From positions 864,001 to 928,000 of the forward strand of contig CAXXMB010000002.1 of the NCBI GenBank assembly GCA_963668675.2: a stretch of 64,000 nucleotides of DNA, given 5' to 3'. Position numbers and translations under genes: made by a program. This document shows, one piece after another, positions 19,200 to 29,800 of the stretch (the first letter of the stretch is position 1; every line of letters begins with the position of its first letter). The stretch comes from an uncultured Desulfatitalea sp. Its GTDB lineage: Bacteria > Desulfobacterota > Desulfobacteria > Desulfobacterales > Desulfosarcinaceae. The notes beneath the pieces were generated by a model. It was not told the origin of the DNA. It saw nothing but the letters and a program-made list of their open reading frames with translations, and did not search any database.

Positions 19200-20363
19200 T
19201 TAAAACGGCGGTACAATACTGTACCCGAGGAATCCCTTGGTCGTGTACCGCAGCCCCACATAGAGGGCCAACACGACAAAGATGCGCTTGAGCCAGATGT
19301 CGGGGATATATTTTGACGTCCGCGGACCGATCATCGATCCGACGAAAATCCCCACCAACTCGACACCGATCAGGGGCCAATAGACCGGAACCCCCTCGAT
19401 CACCATGTAGGTAAAAATACTGATGATCATGCCGACCAGAACGGTCAATGCCGACGTACCGGCCACCAGGAACATGGGCAGGCCGGCGATGCTGGTCAGG
19501 AAGGGAACGAACAGGAAGCCGCCGCCGATCCCCAGGAAAGAGGCCAGGGCCGCAATGAAAAAGCCGCCGATGACAGGTATGAATGGGTTGAAGTTGAACT
19601 CCACCCCGTAGAACGAAAAGCTCACCCTGCTCAAACTCCAGCTATTGACCCGCACGCCGCAATCTTCCGGGGCCAGCGTTGAACATTTTTTAATGTTCAC
19701 GTCCTCGAATGCCTTGGCTGCCGCTTTGGCCTCTTTCTTGCCGGCCTGGCCTTTGGGCGTGGTCTCATAGAAGAGGAAACCGCCGATGATAAAAACCACC
19801 AGGCCGAAGTACCCCAGATAGGCCTTCAACGAGATTTTGCCAGCGGTGATGTAAGGGACCAGGAATGATCCGGCAATCGATCCAATGGCCAGGACGATCC
19901 CCAACGGCAGGACCAGGCGGCCCATCTTATAGTAGTTGAAGCTGCTTACCGCCGCACTGAGACCCACCAGGAACTGGTTGGAGACCCGGATGCTGTCTGC
20001 AATCAGTTTGTTGAGGACCGGCGATGTCTTTTTGAACACCTTGCCGTAGTCGGCCAGGCCAAAGACGGTAATGTGACCCACGCCGGCCATGATGCCGCCG
20101 AAGGCGCCGACCGTGGAGAAGATCCATCCGACCCACACCGCCCAGAAGAAACCAACGACCAGACTGGGATCCGGCGCACCGGGAATGCCGAGGAAACCGG
20201 GCTTGGCATTGGGATCGAGCTGTCCCGCTTCAGTGCCTCCCGGGGTTTGTGCAATAGCATCCGACAGCCTGTCGGCATGCGCGACACCCACCGCGATCAA
20301 GGGGGCGGTTATGACGGCCACCAAGAGCGCAATGGATAAACAGAGCGTTATTTTTCGATACAT
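19200..20363 (-). CDS. Sulfite exporter TauE/SafE (TSUP) family transporter
   Basis: GAFGGIM, LGIGGGFLFVP, VAGTS, GSMIGP...LKRIF. Confidence 0.88.
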   Translation of the reverse strand: MYRKITLCLSIALLVAVITAPLIAVGVAHADRLSDAIAQTPGGTEAGQLDPNAKPGFLGIPGAPDPSLVVGFFWAVWVGWIFSTVGAFGGIMAGVGHITVFGLADYGKVFKKTSPVLNKLIADSIRVSNQFLVGLSAAVSSFNYYKMGRLVLPLGIVLAIGSIAGSFLVPYITAGKISLKAYLGYFGLVVFIIGGFLFYETTPKGQAGKKEAKAAAKAFEDVNIKKCSTLAPEDCGVRVNSWSLSRVSFSFYGVEFNFNPFIPVIGGFFIAALASFLGIGGGFLFVPFLTSIAGLPMFLVAGTSALTVLVGMIISIFTYMVIEGVPVYWPLIGVELVGIFVGSMIGPRTSKYIPDIWLKRIFVVLALYVGLRYTTKGFLGYSIVPPF

Positions 20364-20430
20364 AAGCCTCCTCCGAATTAGAAATAGATATAGTTACAGA
20401 TATAGATAAAATTAGAGATGTCAGCTATAC

Positions 20431-20446
20431 AGCAAACGCTATGCCA
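20431..20446 (-). promoter_or_regulatory. Sigma-54 promoter for the TauE operon
   Basis: TGGCATA-GCGT-TTGCT on the minus strand. Confidence 0.8.
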
Positions 20447-20585
20447 GTATTCATCGCGAAGTGCTCCAACCTGCCACGAATTCAACAATTTCAATTTCCA
20501 TTTGATTTCAAATAGTTAATACATGTATTTCAGCATCGCGGAATGATGGAATCGAGGGGTGGGCGAAGGGCGACGCTATAAAATA

Positions 20586-20691
20586 TGCATCATTTTTATT
20601 GCGCAACATCCCGTTTCCACAATAACCCATATTGATACAGTAGGTTGTGGATGCGCATTGAAAATATTACATTGCACTATTTTTATGGCGC
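20586..20691. promoter_or_regulatory. Candidate upstream activator sites
   Basis: TGCATCATTTTTATTGCGCA (20586-20605) and TGCACTATTTTTATGGCGC (20673-20691). Confidence 0.5.
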
Positions 20692-20806
20692 TCCAACACG
20701 CCCAAAAACCAGCCATCACCTGGCGTCCTATTGGTAACGATCTGATATCAATTATTTTTTATTTTTTTATCATCCGCCGCCGTTCTGACAAAACACACCA
20801 TGGATT

Positions 20807-20822
20807 TGGTACGAATATTGCT
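20807..20822 (+). promoter_or_regulatory. Sigma-54 promoter for the Mo-oxidoreductase operon
   Basis: TGGTACG-AATA-TTGCT. Confidence 0.8.
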
Positions 20823-20918
20823 AATTCCAACCGAAAACAACGATCGCTGACACTATAGGGCTCACCTTTAATAAAGGTACCTATACGATAAAAATCCAAA
20901 GGTGCGTGGAGGCTGAGA

Positions 20919-23006
20919 GTGGAAAAAACCATCTATTCTTTATGTTTTATGTGTTCCGTCCGATGCCCGATCGAAGTTCGGGTTGAACACGGACAAGTTA
21001 AATGGGTCCAGGGCAATCCCCATGTGGCCGGCATCAACGGCAGCCTATGTCCCAAAGGTGCTGCCGGAACGGCGCTGCTCTATGACGAGCAGCGGTTGCA
21101 AACACCATTGATCCGCGATGGAGAGCGCGGATCGGGCAAATGGCGTGTCGCCAGCTGGCAGGAGGCGCTCGATCATATCGCCGAACGCCTGAAGGCCACC
21201 ATCGACACCCATGGAGGCAAAAGCGTGGCATTGATCGAACGCGCCAACCTCTCTACCCACGTCAGCAAGACCTTTCTGAAAGCCATAGGCTCGCCCAACC
21301 ACGTCACCCACGATGCCCTGTGCAAAGGATCGGTCAACACCGCCTGCCGCAGCCTCTTTGGCTATACCGATGCCCAGGTGGGGCTGCAGTACGGTAAAAC
21401 CAAACATATCGTTCTCTATGGGCGCAACATGTTCGAAGCAGTGTCAGTCAAGGAGGTCAATGGCCTGGTGGACGCGCTGGAAAATGGCGCCAGGATCACC
21501 TATATCGACCCGAGGGTTACGATCACGGCCACCAAGGCCCAACGCTATTGGATGATCCGGCCGCGCACCGATCTGGCGCTCAACTATGCGCTGATGCACA
21601 TCATCCTGAAGGAGCGGCTCTACGATGCCGAATTTGTCGACCGTTGGGTGGAGGGGTTGGTGGAACTCAAAGAGTTCGTCAAACCCTACACGCCCGAATG
21701 GGCCGAAGCCGAAACCGGCATCCCGGCCAGTGAGATGGCCGCCTTTGCCCGCGAGATCAGCCGCGACAAGCCCTCGGTGATCTTCCACTACGGCTATCGT
21801 GGCGCCCATCAAGCTGACGAGATCTATCTGCGCCGCTCGATCCTCATGCTCAATGTGCTCATGGGTGCCATCGAAGCCCCCGGCGCCCTCTTTTTCAAAA
21901 AGGGACCTGGCGAGGTCGGCGGCAAGCCGGCCCGCAAATTGACCGATCAGGAACTGCCCAAGGTCGAAGCGCCGCGCGCCGACATGGTGGGCAGCAGTGA
22001 CTTCCCGCTGCCCGACCCGGCCCACGGTGTTCCCCAGACACTGATCGACGCCATCCTGACCGAGAAGCCCTATCCGGTGAAAGCCTTGATCATCAACCGC
22101 TTCGATGCCCTCAAATCGATCCCGGACACCCATCGCACCAAGGAGGCGTTCGATAATCTCGATCTGATCGTGAGCATCGATGTCAACTTCAGCGATTCGG
22201 CCTGGTACTCCGATGTGGTGCTGCCCGAATCCACCTATTTCGAACGGACGGATTGCATCCAACAGGCCAACGGGTTGAAGCCCCAGATGTTTCTGCGCGC
22301 CCAGGCGATCCCGCCCATGTTCGACACCCGTGAAAGCGCCATCATTCTCAAACAGTTGGCGGAACGCCTCGGCATGGGGCAGTACTTCCCTTATAACGGC
22401 ATGGAGGATCTCGTGAAGTGGCAGCTGGAGGGCACCGGCTTCTCCATGGCCGACTTCGCGGCCAAGGGGTTTGTGGCCTATGGTAAAGAGACCATCTTCT
22501 GGGATCGCAAGGATGGACTGAAGATCAAAACCCCTTCGGGCAAAATCGAGCTCAAATCCTCCCTGTTGGAAAATGCCGGCTATCCCTCTTTTCCGGCCTA
22601 TGAACCGGTGAACCGCCCCGAGAATAACCAGTTCCGGCTGGTCGTCGGCCGGGTGGCCGCCCACACGCATGTCTCCACCCAGAACAACCCCTACCTGTGT
22701 GAGCTGTTTCCCGAAAACACCCTCTGGATCAATGCCCAAAGGGCAGCCAACCTGGGAATCTCGGACGGAGAGCCGGTGAGCATTGCCTCCCGGCGCGGCA
22801 CCGGCACCATCAAGGCCTTTGTCACCGATCTGATCCACCCGGACACGGTCTTCATGGTCCACGGCTTTGGCCACGAAGCCAAAGAGGCCGAACGCTGTTA
22901 CAACAAGGGCATCTCCGACAGCGTTCTGCAGGAGAGCATCACCGATCGCGTAGGCGGCAGCCCGGCCCTGCACGACACCTTTGTCACTGTTGAAAAGGCG
23001 GCTTGA
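20919..23006 (+). CDS. Molybdopterin oxidoreductase catalytic subunit, PhsA/PsrA-like, no Tat signal
   Basis: CFMCSVRC..CPKG FS0 motif at the extreme N-terminus; GSPNHVTHDALC; DVVLPESTYFER. Confidence 0.88.
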   Translation: MEKTIYSLCFMCSVRCPIEVRVEHGQVKWVQGNPHVAGINGSLCPKGAAGTALLYDEQRLQTPLIRDGERGSGKWRVASWQEALDHIAERLKATIDTHGGKSVALIERANLSTHVSKTFLKAIGSPNHVTHDALCKGSVNTACRSLFGYTDAQVGLQYGKTKHIVLYGRNMFEAVSVKEVNGLVDALENGARITYIDPRVTITATKAQRYWMIRPRTDLALNYALMHIILKERLYDAEFVDRWVEGLVELKEFVKPYTPEWAEAETGIPASEMAAFAREISRDKPSVIFHYGYRGAHQADEIYLRRSILMLNVLMGAIEAPGALFFKKGPGEVGGKPARKLTDQELPKVEAPRADMVGSSDFPLPDPAHGVPQTLIDAILTEKPYPVKALIINRFDALKSIPDTHRTKEAFDNLDLIVSIDVNFSDSAWYSDVVLPESTYFERTDCIQQANGLKPQMFLRAQAIPPMFDTRESAIILKQLAERLGMGQYFPYNGMEDLVKWQLEGTGFSMADFAAKGFVAYGKETIFWDRKDGLKIKTPSGKIELKSSLLENAGYPSFPAYEPVNRPENNQFRLVVGRVAAHTHVSTQNNPYLCELFPENTLWINAQRAANLGISDGEPVSIASRRGTGTIKAFVTDLIHPDTVFMVHGFGHEAKEAERCYNKGISDSVLQESITDRVGGSPALHDTFVTVEKAA

Positions 23007-23072
23007 TCACTGGCGCGCATTGCAATGAGAACACCACGCCGCACCCGTGCTATAAATGATAAGGAGAAGTAA

Positions 23073-23588
23073 ATGAGCGAGTACCATCTCTTTCAAGATA
23101 CGCGTAAATGCATCGGCTGCCACGCCTGTGAAGTTCAGTGCAAGGCAAATAAAGACCTGCCGGTCGGCCCCAAGCCCTGCCATGTGGTCCAGGTTGGCCC
23201 CAAGTTCATCGGCGGAGTGCCACGGGCGTCGTACATCTTCATGCCCTGCTACCACTGTGAAAAACCCTGGTGCGTCGATGCCTGCCCTACCGGTGCCATG
23301 CAAAAGCGAGAAAAGGACGGCATCGTCTTCATCCAGGCCGACCTGTGCGTCGGCTGCAAGGCGTGCATCCGCGCCTGTCCCTGGGGCGCCCCCCAGTGGA
23401 ACCCGGAGACCAAAAAGGTGGTCAAGTGCGACTACTGCATGGACCGCATTGACCAGGGTCTTCAACCGGCGTGCGTCACGGTCTGCATCACCCATTGTCT
23501 GAGCTTCGGCAAGGCCGAGGAGATGCCCGACATCCGCCGGGAGCGGCACGCCCGGGCCGTGGCATCGCTGGACCATAGCGCGTTTTAA
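23073..23588 (+). CDS. 4Fe-4S dicluster subunit (PhsB/DmsB-like)
   Basis: CIGCHAC, CYHC..PWC...CP, CVGCKAC...CP, KCDYC...PAC...C. Confidence 0.92.
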   Translation: MSEYHLFQDTRKCIGCHACEVQCKANKDLPVGPKPCHVVQVGPKFIGGVPRASYIFMPCYHCEKPWCVDACPTGAMQKREKDGIVFIQADLCVGCKACIRACPWGAPQWNPETKKVVKCDYCMDRIDQGLQPACVTVCITHCLSFGKAEEMPDIRRERHARAVASLDHSAF

Positions 23589-23609
23589 CTTTCCAAGGCA
23601 GAGGGGACC

Positions 23610-25769
23610 ATGCCCGAAAAATATTGCCCCGTAGATCAAATGCTGACCCGCCTGCAGCAGGCGCTGGAAGGCACCGAACTGCAACATCCGCGCAGCCGCC
23701 GAATCGTGGGCCAGATGGCTCTTCTGGTTCGTGATGTGGCCTCGGGCGGCGCCGGTGACGACCATCTGCCCGCCCTGGACCGCCTGATCGAAGAGTTGTC
23801 CGGGTTTGCACCCGACATGGCCGGTGTGGCCCTGGGTCAGTCGCTGAGCGACACCCTGGCCGAGCATCGCGAAACCTTTATCAGCCATGTCGAAACCCAC
23901 ATCTGCGCCCCCGAGCGCTGCGATTTGCTGGCACCGGCCCCCTGTCAAATGGCCTGCCCGGCCGGCATCGATGTGCCCACTTACGTGGCCCTGATCGGGG
24001 AGGGGCGTGACGCCGAGGCGATCGATGTAATTCGTCGGGACAATCCCTTTCCCTGGGTGTGTGGATTGGTCTGCACCCGCCCCTGTGAGTTCATGTGCGT
24101 GCGCGGTCGCATCGACACCCCCATCGCAATTAAGAGCCTCAAGGCCTTTGCCGCCGAGCGCGCCCTCTCCCAGGGCCAATATACCAATCCGAAGCCGGCG
24201 CCCGCCAAAAACCGCAAGGTGTGCGTGGTCGGTGCCGGACCTGGCGGTATGAGTGCGGCCTACTACCTCGCCATGAAGGGCTACACGGTGCGTGTCATCG
24301 AGGCCCTGCCCATGGCTGGCGGCATGATGATGGTGGGCATACCGCGCTATCGCCTGCCCCGGGAGGTGATCGACCGCGAGGTGGCCATGATCGAGGATCT
24401 CGGCGTCACCTTTGACTACAATACCCGCCTGGGAACGGATGTCACCGTTCAGTCCCTGCGCGATGAGGGATTCGAAGCGTTCTTCCTGGCCATCGGCGCC
24501 CACGACTCGTTCAAGCTGGGCATCCCCGGCGAAGCGGATTTCCCCCAGGCGCTGCAAGCCGTCGATTTCCTGAAAAACGTCGCCTTGGGCGAACGGCATC
24601 TGCCCGGCAAGCGCGTGGTGGTCATCGGTGGCGGCAACGTGGCCATCGACGCGGCCCGCACCTCACTGCGCCTGGGTTGCGAAGAGGTGACCCTGGCCTA
24701 CCGCCGCACCAGAGCCGAGATGCCAGCCGACATCGAAGAGATCGAACAGGCAGAAGAGGAGGGTATCGCGTTTTCATTTCTCACGGTTCCCGTCTCCATT
24801 GAGGGCAGCCAGGGGGAACTGACCGGCATCAAGTGTCTGCGGGCCGAACTGGTGGCGGCCGCCGGCTCCAAGCGCATGTCGCCCCGCCCCATCGAAGGCA
24901 GCGAATATGTCATCCCCGCCGATGCCGTCATCAGCGCCATCGGTCAGCGCGTGGAACAGCAGAGTCTGTCGGGATTTAAGGAGCTGGCCTGGACGCGCCG
25001 CGACACCATCCAGGTCCATATGGCCACCATGGCCACCGACATGCCGGGGGTGTTTGCCGCCGGAGACGCCGTGACCGGACCGGCCACGGTGGTCGAAGCC
25101 ATCGGTGGCGGCAAACGGGCGGCCTTGGCCATCGACCGCTACCTCAACGGCATCCCCCAACCCAAGATGCCGCCCGTACCGATCCGCCAGCGCCGCGTCA
25201 GCTGGACTACCGTACCAGCAGCCACCAAGATGGCCATCAAACGCCCCTCCATGCCGCTGCTCAACATGGACCGGCGCCGCACCACCTTCCAACAGGTCGA
25301 ACTGGGCTACTCGGAAAACATGGTGCGTGAAGAGGCCCGCCGCTGCCTGCGCTGCGACATCTGCCGCCGCTGCGGCCTATGCGTCAGTATCTGCCGGGAC
25401 AAAATGGGCGTCGATGCCCTGCAGCTCGGCTACTTCGACTTCGATCATCCGGTGGTAACCGATTTCAGAAAAACCCAGGAGCGCTGCATTCTCTGCGGCG
25501 CCTGCGCAACCAACTGCCCGAACAACGCCATGCAGATGGAGGACCGAAACGGTGAGCGCATCCTGCACCTGTGCGGGACCATCCTCAACCGCCAGCCGCT
25601 GCTCTACTGCGAAACCTGCGGCGCCACCATCGGACCGGCCCGCTACCGCGACTACGTTCGCAAACGAACCCAGGGCATCACTGCCCCCACGGACGGCCAT
25701 CACATCTGCGATGCTTGTGCGCGCAAGGCCAATGTCCTGGGCCAGCACCGCAACATGCCGCTCGATTGA
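23610..25769 (+). CDS. GltD/SudA/NfnB-like NAD(P)H-dependent FAD oxidoreductase with extra FeS domains
   Basis: APCQMACP, CGLVCTRPCE, GAGPGG, GGGNVAID, YRRT, C-terminal ferredoxin motifs. Confidence 0.9.
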   Translation: MPEKYCPVDQMLTRLQQALEGTELQHPRSRRIVGQMALLVRDVASGGAGDDHLPALDRLIEELSGFAPDMAGVALGQSLSDTLAEHRETFISHVETHICAPERCDLLAPAPCQMACPAGIDVPTYVALIGEGRDAEAIDVIRRDNPFPWVCGLVCTRPCEFMCVRGRIDTPIAIKSLKAFAAERALSQGQYTNPKPAPAKNRKVCVVGAGPGGMSAAYYLAMKGYTVRVIEALPMAGGMMMVGIPRYRLPREVIDREVAMIEDLGVTFDYNTRLGTDVTVQSLRDEGFEAFFLAIGAHDSFKLGIPGEADFPQALQAVDFLKNVALGERHLPGKRVVVIGGGNVAIDAARTSLRLGCEEVTLAYRRTRAEMPADIEEIEQAEEEGIAFSFLTVPVSIEGSQGELTGIKCLRAELVAAAGSKRMSPRPIEGSEYVIPADAVISAIGQRVEQQSLSGFKELAWTRRDTIQVHMATMATDMPGVFAAGDAVTGPATVVEAIGGGKRAALAIDRYLNGIPQPKMPPVPIRQRRVSWTTVPAATKMAIKRPSMPLLNMDRRRTTFQQVELGYSENMVREEARRCLRCDICRRCGLCVSICRDKMGVDALQLGYFDFDHPVVTDFRKTQERCILCGACATNCPNNAMQMEDRNGERILHLCGTILNRQPLLYCETCGATIGPARYRDYVRKRTQGITAPTDGHHICDACARKANVLGQHRNMPLD

Positions 25770-25930
25770 TGAAACCGGATCGCCGACGCCGCACGAGTGC
25801 AAACGAAAGGAGAGGGCCGTAAAGATATGGATCGGCCCTATCACAGGATGGTTGATTTCACCGGCCCGATAGTGTTAACACGACGCCATAACACCTATAG
25901 AAGCAATACCACAAAGTATAGGAGCATTTT

Positions 25931-26146
25931 ATGTCACTTCGAAGAGGCCAAAAAATTGAAGTCTTTTGCCGCAGCAGCGACGAAGCGTGGGAAGAGTATA
26001 TGGACAGATTCATCGGATGCCACGGCATGATCACCGACCCGGACACCTCTATCAACGACCCCGAGGCCCTTGTCGAAGTGAGCCTGGACGGCATGGGCAC
26101 CCACCGGCTGCCCCAGGATTGCCTGCGCCTGCTGGAAGATCAGTAG
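25931..26146 (+). CDS. Small hypothetical protein
   Basis: RBS AGGAG, host-like codon usage, stop overlaps the next start. Confidence 0.7.
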   Translation: MSLRRGQKIEVFCRSSDEAWEEYMDRFIGCHGMITDPDTSINDPEALVEVSLDGMGTHRLPQDCLRLLEDQ

Positions 26147-26793
26147 TGCCCGGTGTGCCGGCGCTCCTCTTCGACCTGGACGGCACCCTCTTGGACCCGG
26201 TGGAGGGCATCACCCGATCCATCCAGTACGCCCTGGCAAAACTCCACCAGCCGGTACCCGAAACCCATCAACTGCTCTGGTGCATCGGCCCGCCTCTGAT
26301 GCAGAGCTTCATGCGCCTCCTTGAAAGCCCCTGCTCCGATTTGGCAACCCAGGCACTGCACCACTACCGCCGGCGCTACAACGAAACCGGCAAGTTCGAA
26401 AACCGCGTCTACCCTCGCATTCCCCAGACCCTCGAAACGCTCAAACAGGCCGGCGCCCGCCTCTTCATCGCCACCGCCAAACCCACCATCTTCGCCACCC
26501 AGATCGCCGGGCATTTCCGACTGGAAAAACACTTCGAAGCCGTCTACGGCAGCGAACTCAGCGGCGAACGTTCCGACAAAGGCGACCTGATCGCACACAT
26601 CCTGGACACCGAAGCCCTGGAACCATCGACGACGACCATGGTAGGCGACCGGAAGCACGACATCATCGGCGCCAGACGCAACGGGATCGGATCGGTGGGT
26701 GTGGCCTACGGCTACGGCAGCCGTGCAGAACTTACCGCAGCCGGCGCCGACAAGATCGTGGAAAGGCCCGAGCAGCTGGCTGACCTCATCTGA
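26146..26793 (+). CDS. HAD-superfamily hydrolase (phosphoglycolate phosphatase-like)
   Basis: LFDLDGTL, ATAK, MVGDRKHD. Confidence 0.9.
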   Translation: MPGVPALLFDLDGTLLDPVEGITRSIQYALAKLHQPVPETHQLLWCIGPPLMQSFMRLLESPCSDLATQALHHYRRRYNETGKFENRVYPRIPQTLETLKQAGARLFIATAKPTIFATQIAGHFRLEKHFEAVYGSELSGERSDKGDLIAHILDTEALEPSTTTMVGDRKHDIIGARRNGIGSVGVAYGYGSRAELTAAGADKIVERPEQLADLI

Positions 26794-26898
26794 TGCGTTG
26801 CCCCATACAGGCAGGCGAGCCTTGACAAGAGAGGCCGGTTCCGCTCTACTAAGGGTATCACCGGATACGGTTTTGAACGTGAACTGGCTCGATTCAGG

Positions 26899-29800
26899 AT
26901 GCGGTACGCTATGAAGTGGTTGCTTTTCTCTGTCCGACTCGGTCTTCTTCTTTTTCCCCTATTGTTTCAATTTGCGGCAGTCTCCCCTCTCTTTGCCGGC
27001 AGCCGGGAGGTGACGACTGCCGAACTGACAGCGGTCCATAACGCCTACCGCCAGGCCGCGGCTCAGGGTTTCACACCGGAATCCATGGCTGCAATCTATC
27101 GGCTGGACAACGCCGCCGCTGCCGTCAAGAAGCTGGTGGATCTCGACGGCTCAGGCCATCCCATGTCCATCTCCAAAGCGCATAGTCTGCGTATGGAGGC
27201 CACCCGACAGCAGATGAATCTCACCATTTTGCGCAAATTGGCCAAAATCACCGGTGGGACGGTGGAGGTCCTCAATTTCGGCAAGATGAACGGCATCCGC
27301 TCGGACAAAGACCAGACCCTTTACGCCGTGGATGGCAAACGCCACTACACCGGAGAGGAGATCTGCAAAGCGTATGAAAGGCTTTTCAATGACACCTACA
27401 AGATCGACCTAAAGCGAATGGATATGGAGTTGTTCAACGGAGATGCCCGCGTGCCGGACTGGCGCGACGCCGGAATGAGCTTCAGCCAGTTCAAGAAGCA
27501 GTACAAGGAGGGTGAAGCCCGGCTGATGCAAAACGAGCCGGCCTACAAAGGGGGGGCGTATCGGGCTCAGGTGGATAAACGCAGCGCCACCATGGGGCGG
27601 GTGACCATGACCAAATATGTGGGCACCGACAGCAGCGGCAAAGACAGTTTCGAGCAGATGGTCGATGCGCCGGCCGTTGAAGCCTCATCCCAATACAAGC
27701 AGTGGGCGGCGGACGTGCCGTATCGCAACGCCATGGATTCGTGCCATCAGAACCTGCAGCGTTTTCGCGACAACGAAGACTTTATCGATAAAATGAAGTA
27801 CTTCAACCGCACCATCGGAGACGGCATCAATACCCTGGCCCTGGAAAACTGGCGCATGGACTACATCTTCGATCTGGATAAACTGGCCCGCGAGGGTCGA
27901 CACCAGGAGATCGACCGCCTGCTGCGCACCATGGTCAACGATGTCTTCACCGTGGATCTTTCCGGTGCAGACAAACAGCACTTCTTTAAAGTCATCCGCA
28001 TTGCCGCACAGATCGAAATCGATAAAATCCAGGGACGCTTCCGCGGCGAGGCGCAATACCTGAAACCGATCCTGGCCGATGTGGCCAAAACCTCGCCCGA
28101 CCTGAGCTTGGAAGAGAGGCATCGGCAGGCCAAAGAGCGCTTTTTCGCGTTTCAGGAGCGGATCATGAAGCACAACCTTGCGGTGACCGCCCGGCAGAAG
28201 ATTCAACGGGATCTGTCGCCCCGGCGGCTCAAAATGGTCGCCGCCAAGTACGGTCCGGAGCAGGCCGCCAAATTGGAATGGGAAACCGGGAAACGGCTCG
28301 AACGGATCTTCTCCGAAATTGACGACGACCGCCTGGTTCGTCGCATCATCGACGATGCACCGCCGGAATTGAGGGAGACGTTGAAGCAGATCCATGCGTG
28401 CGAACGCATCCGACGCACCAAGGGACGGCGCCCGCCCATCCACCTGGTCCAAAGCGATCCGGACAAAGCCCGCCGCCACGGCCCGGATGAAATCGATGCG
28501 ATCGTCCGTAAGAAGCAGTCCGCTGCGGCTGAACGTGAGTCGGAAACCGACCTGTTTCTCAGTGCACTGAGAGAGAAATTCAGTCAGTTCGACGCAGACC
28601 TGCGGGCCGGACGCCATTCGGATGCCGAAATCAGCCGGCGGATGCACGCGCGCGTTTTGAGCGAACTGGGATTCGAAGAGCGCGCCGTACTTCGGAAGAT
28701 GGAGGTCGAATTCGAGCGGCGTTTCAGCGGCCGCAAACTGTTGGGCAATGTGGTGAGCCTGGGAAATGCCGATTCGTTGATCAACATGATCCGGGTCTAT
28801 CAGCGCACCGGCGACTGGCACCAGGTGGCCCAGACTGCCGTCTGGGAGTTGGTCAGCAATGTCCCCGGCGTTTCCCAAATGGCCACCCTCAAACAGGCCT
28901 TCAACGACGGCAACTGCGAGGGACTGGCCTGGATGTACATTGCCTGGCAGATGCCGGCCGCCGGCCAGGTCAAACTGGTCTTCGACGTGGCCAAAGGCAC
29001 GGTGGAGATTGTCTATCACCACATGATGGACCCTTTGGCCGATGATCGCCTGGCCCAGGTCTATCAAGGCTATATCAGTGCCCAGCCGGCCGGCTGGAGC
29101 CCGTTTCAACCCGGCTGGAAAACGCGCCAGAACGCCATTGCCGATTCGATTCTCCATTTCGTACCCGGGGATACGTTCCCCCAGAAACGGACCAACATGT
29201 ACGCCTATTTTCAGGAAAAGCTGGACCAGCGCCTGCGCCGGCAGGGTTTGGATCCCACCACCACCGACTATTGGATCAAACGCGATACCGTTGTGACCCC
29301 CTTTTTTCGGAGCTATGTGACCGACTATTTCGAAGCGCGCGGGGAGTGGTCCCAAAACGTGACAGCCGGCCTCAAGGGGATCGGCACCCAGGAGCAGCTC
29401 AAAACACGGCTGGTGGCGCGGCTGGCAAGCGACTTCCGCACCGGTGAAGTGATGTGGGAAGATGCCACAGAGGCCCGATGGCAGCTGGAAAAGGCCATCG
29501 CACAGCAGCAGGCCCTGCGCATGAGAAATATCCGCACCGAAAAAAAGCTGATTGCAGCCGGGGATTTTCTCTCTGACCGACTGGGCCTGGCCTACCAGCA
29601 GGCAGCCGCGAAGGTGGAAAAGCCAAAAGTATCCGAGTTGGCAGTCCAGGCCGAAGCCTATCCACCGGTGGTGTCCGAAGGCCAGGAAGTCACCATAAAT
29701 GTCAAAGTACTCGGCCCTAATATTGCTAAAAGACAATCAGAAGCCCATCCCGTGGAGATCCGGGTGGCCGGTATAACTTCCCTGGCAAAAAACCAAAAAG

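Noticed and set aside
21444..24599. Long minus-strand ORFs (509 and 530 aa)
   Set aside because: Shadow frames of GC-rich real genes; same for 27685-29736, 41707-43056, 48690-50537 and 60148-61464.
20919..25769. Selenocysteine readthrough in the redox genes
   Set aside because: ORFs are full length with Cys at the expected ligand positions.
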